A DNA stretch of 62,301 bases, filler included, from Nemertoderma westbladi (taxonomy: Eukaryota > Animalia > Xenacoelomorpha): NCBI GenBank assembly GCA_032718475.1. It is 3 parts of 3 records of this genome, joined end to end, with 100 filler letters (N's around TTAATTAATTAA, not from the genome) between each part and the next. Parts side by side here need not be neighbours in the genome. Positions count along the whole stretch, not along the records: positions 41,514 to 62,301 come from JAUCBJ010002630.1; 2 more parts are not named here. The stretch is one strand, 5' to 3'. The notes below the pieces were generated by a model that was not told the DNA's origin, searched no databases, and saw only the letters and a list, made by a program, of their open reading frames with translations. This document shows, piece by piece, positions 60,241-62,301 of this stretch. Numbering within the stretch: the stretch's first letter is position 1; the number at the start of each line of letters is the position of its first letter. Made by a program: the position numbers and the translations under genes.

Positions 60241-61449
60241 TCGCAACATACATTGTTGAATGTTAACAATATTTGCGACTATCTCTTTGTATGTGTTTAA
60301 CTATGTCATATTTGTTAATCGGCATAAAAATGATTTTTACTTTGAAATATCTCAAAAAAGATCTTTATTTTTTTTATACATGGCAGTGCTGCTAGGGATA
60401 TATCAATATATTTCTCAAATAAATGGTAAAAAACAGTTTATACCTTTTCGCATTGTCGAACTTAAACAATCAATATGATTGTGCTTGGCTAGTTTTTTTA
60501 CCCTTTCCTTTTATATTTCAAACTATAATGTTAGCCTTATGGAGAATCATTATGAGGCTGAGTAAACATTCAGCCTTTTAAGAAGCATACAGCCTCCACA
60601 GTATTAATGTTGACACAAAGATTTCAAAATAAAACAATTATTATTAGATGAGAGCGCAGTGCAATCAATAGTAGCCAACACACTGTGTAACTAACAGCCA
60701 TTTAGCTTGCACGCCAATTAACATAGTAGAGTGAGTAACCTTGTAGATTTTTCCATAGGATGCATTCGGAAGAGTTATTCAGCTGGGACTGTAATAGCCA
60801 GCTAAACCAGTTAATGTTTGCTTACTGTCTGGGTTGTAGAGTAGAGTGATAATACTTGGCACATAAAGTACTTCTTTGTTAGTTGGCCCTTCCTATTGAA
60901 TGCATTGTGTTTTTGGGCTATTTTTCGAAATAAAACAATTTGAGATGTTTCAATTTAATCCGCGATTTCACAAGTACCCATAGAAATCTATTTTCATGGA
61001 TCATGCAAAATATCATCAAAATCGTTTTAGAGTCGTTTTTGCTCTATGTCAGTAGGTAGTAGCCAGTAGTCAATAGCCAGTAGTCAACAATTAGTTTTTT
61101 CTGCCATCAAATTCTTACAGTAATCAAGTCTAACGACTTGCTAATTATAGTTTGATGTTGTATAGAAAATTTCTCATACACCACCAGGACTACGCTCACA
61201 CTAATTTATCAGACAGAACAAATAGCTTTTACTGGACTCGTAGGCCCTGTTATTATTATTATTATTATTACTGTTAACACTCAGACCATGATAAAATAAA
61301 CATTCATGCGATAAACATAATCAATTATGCATGCACTAAATTATAAGTAATTATAAAATGGGAGAAGACCGCCCAGGCTTTAACTGCACTTATGGGGGGC
61401 CATACACTAAAAATCCAGAATGATGAAACTTATTAATATAAAAGACGTC

Positions 61450-62301
61450 TCGTATATTAACGTTGCACACCTTCAATGAGATCGATACTACCCATCGTGA
61501 ACGGCGACCATACTTGAATACAATACTCTAGTAAAGGCCTAACATATGCCCTGTAGGCTAAAAGCATTGCCTTTTCGTTGTTCGTATAGAAACAACGAAA
61601 AATCATGTTAGAGATTTTATAAGCCTTACAGTAGCTACTTCTTCACGACAATATTTATCGAATTTAGTTGTCGCACACAGTAATACCTAAATCTTTACAA
61701 TGAGAAACTGATTTAATCGGCTTGTCATTGAGTGAATAAGTTAACAAAGGATTTGTAATACCAATGTGTATAACTGGGCACTTGGGCAGCCACTCCTAAC
61801 TGCCAACTGATAGCCCAGGTACTGTACCTAACGTGTTAAGCGATTGTGAAATAAGATTATCATTACTGCAATTAGCGACAACAGGAGAATATAGTCCAAC
61901 GTCATCAGCGAATAGTTTAACTGTAACAGAGTCCAATAGCACCGGAAGGTCGTTTATAAAAATCAGAAACAGGACAGGTCCCAGAACACTACCTTGGGGA
62001 GTGCCTGAAGTAACCTTGCAATTTTCAGAAAAACAATTACCAACCACTATTCGTTGAGTTCTGTTAGCCAAAAATGCACCAATCCAACCTACTGTAGTAA
62101 ATTTTCGCAGATACCTTAAAGACAGTTTTGCCAATAGCTTATAGAGTGCACCACCGAATCAAAAGTTTTTGCAAAATCAATATAAACAATATCAATATTC
62201 TTACGATTATCAAGCATTTGTGTCCAGTCGGTGATACACTCTAATAATTGTGTACAAGTAGATCTATGCTGTAGGAACCCATGCTGAGATTTTGATATCA
62301 A
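61450..62301 (-). mobile_element. CR1-type LINE RT fragment running off the window end
   Basis: QHGFLQHRST..YIDFAKTFDSV, SGTPQGSVLGPVLFLIFINDLP, KLFADD; frameshifted. Confidence 0.88.

Overview
AT-rich, intron-containing animal (invertebrate-like) genomic DNA with two scaffold gaps (16692-16791, 41414-41513). Host genes: the last two exons of an LRP2BP-like Sel1-repeat gene, an intronless effector-type caspase, tRNA-Cys(GCA), and two adjacent intronless genes (a degenerate J-domain membrane protein and a twin-CX3C protein). Most of the rest is mobile DNA. The most notable structure is a DNA transposon (about 18067-33008, IS3EU-like by inference) bounded by mirror-image 20-bp arrays. It carries a DDE integrase-type transposase convergent with a spliced HECT E3 ubiquitin-ligase gene. 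The transposase is interrupted by a TIR-bearing insertion whose ends form an exact in-frame GT..AG intron (introner-like). A pol-less BEL/Pao-type LTR element with a 1282-aa open ORF sits in its left array, and a related gag-protease element, a solo LTR and an LTR fragment lie nearby. Also present: a Harbinger element, Kolobok-like and hAT-like MITEs, RTE/CRE/CR1 LINE fragments, SINEs and several minisatellites. All family assignments are from motif recognition by eye; no searches were run.
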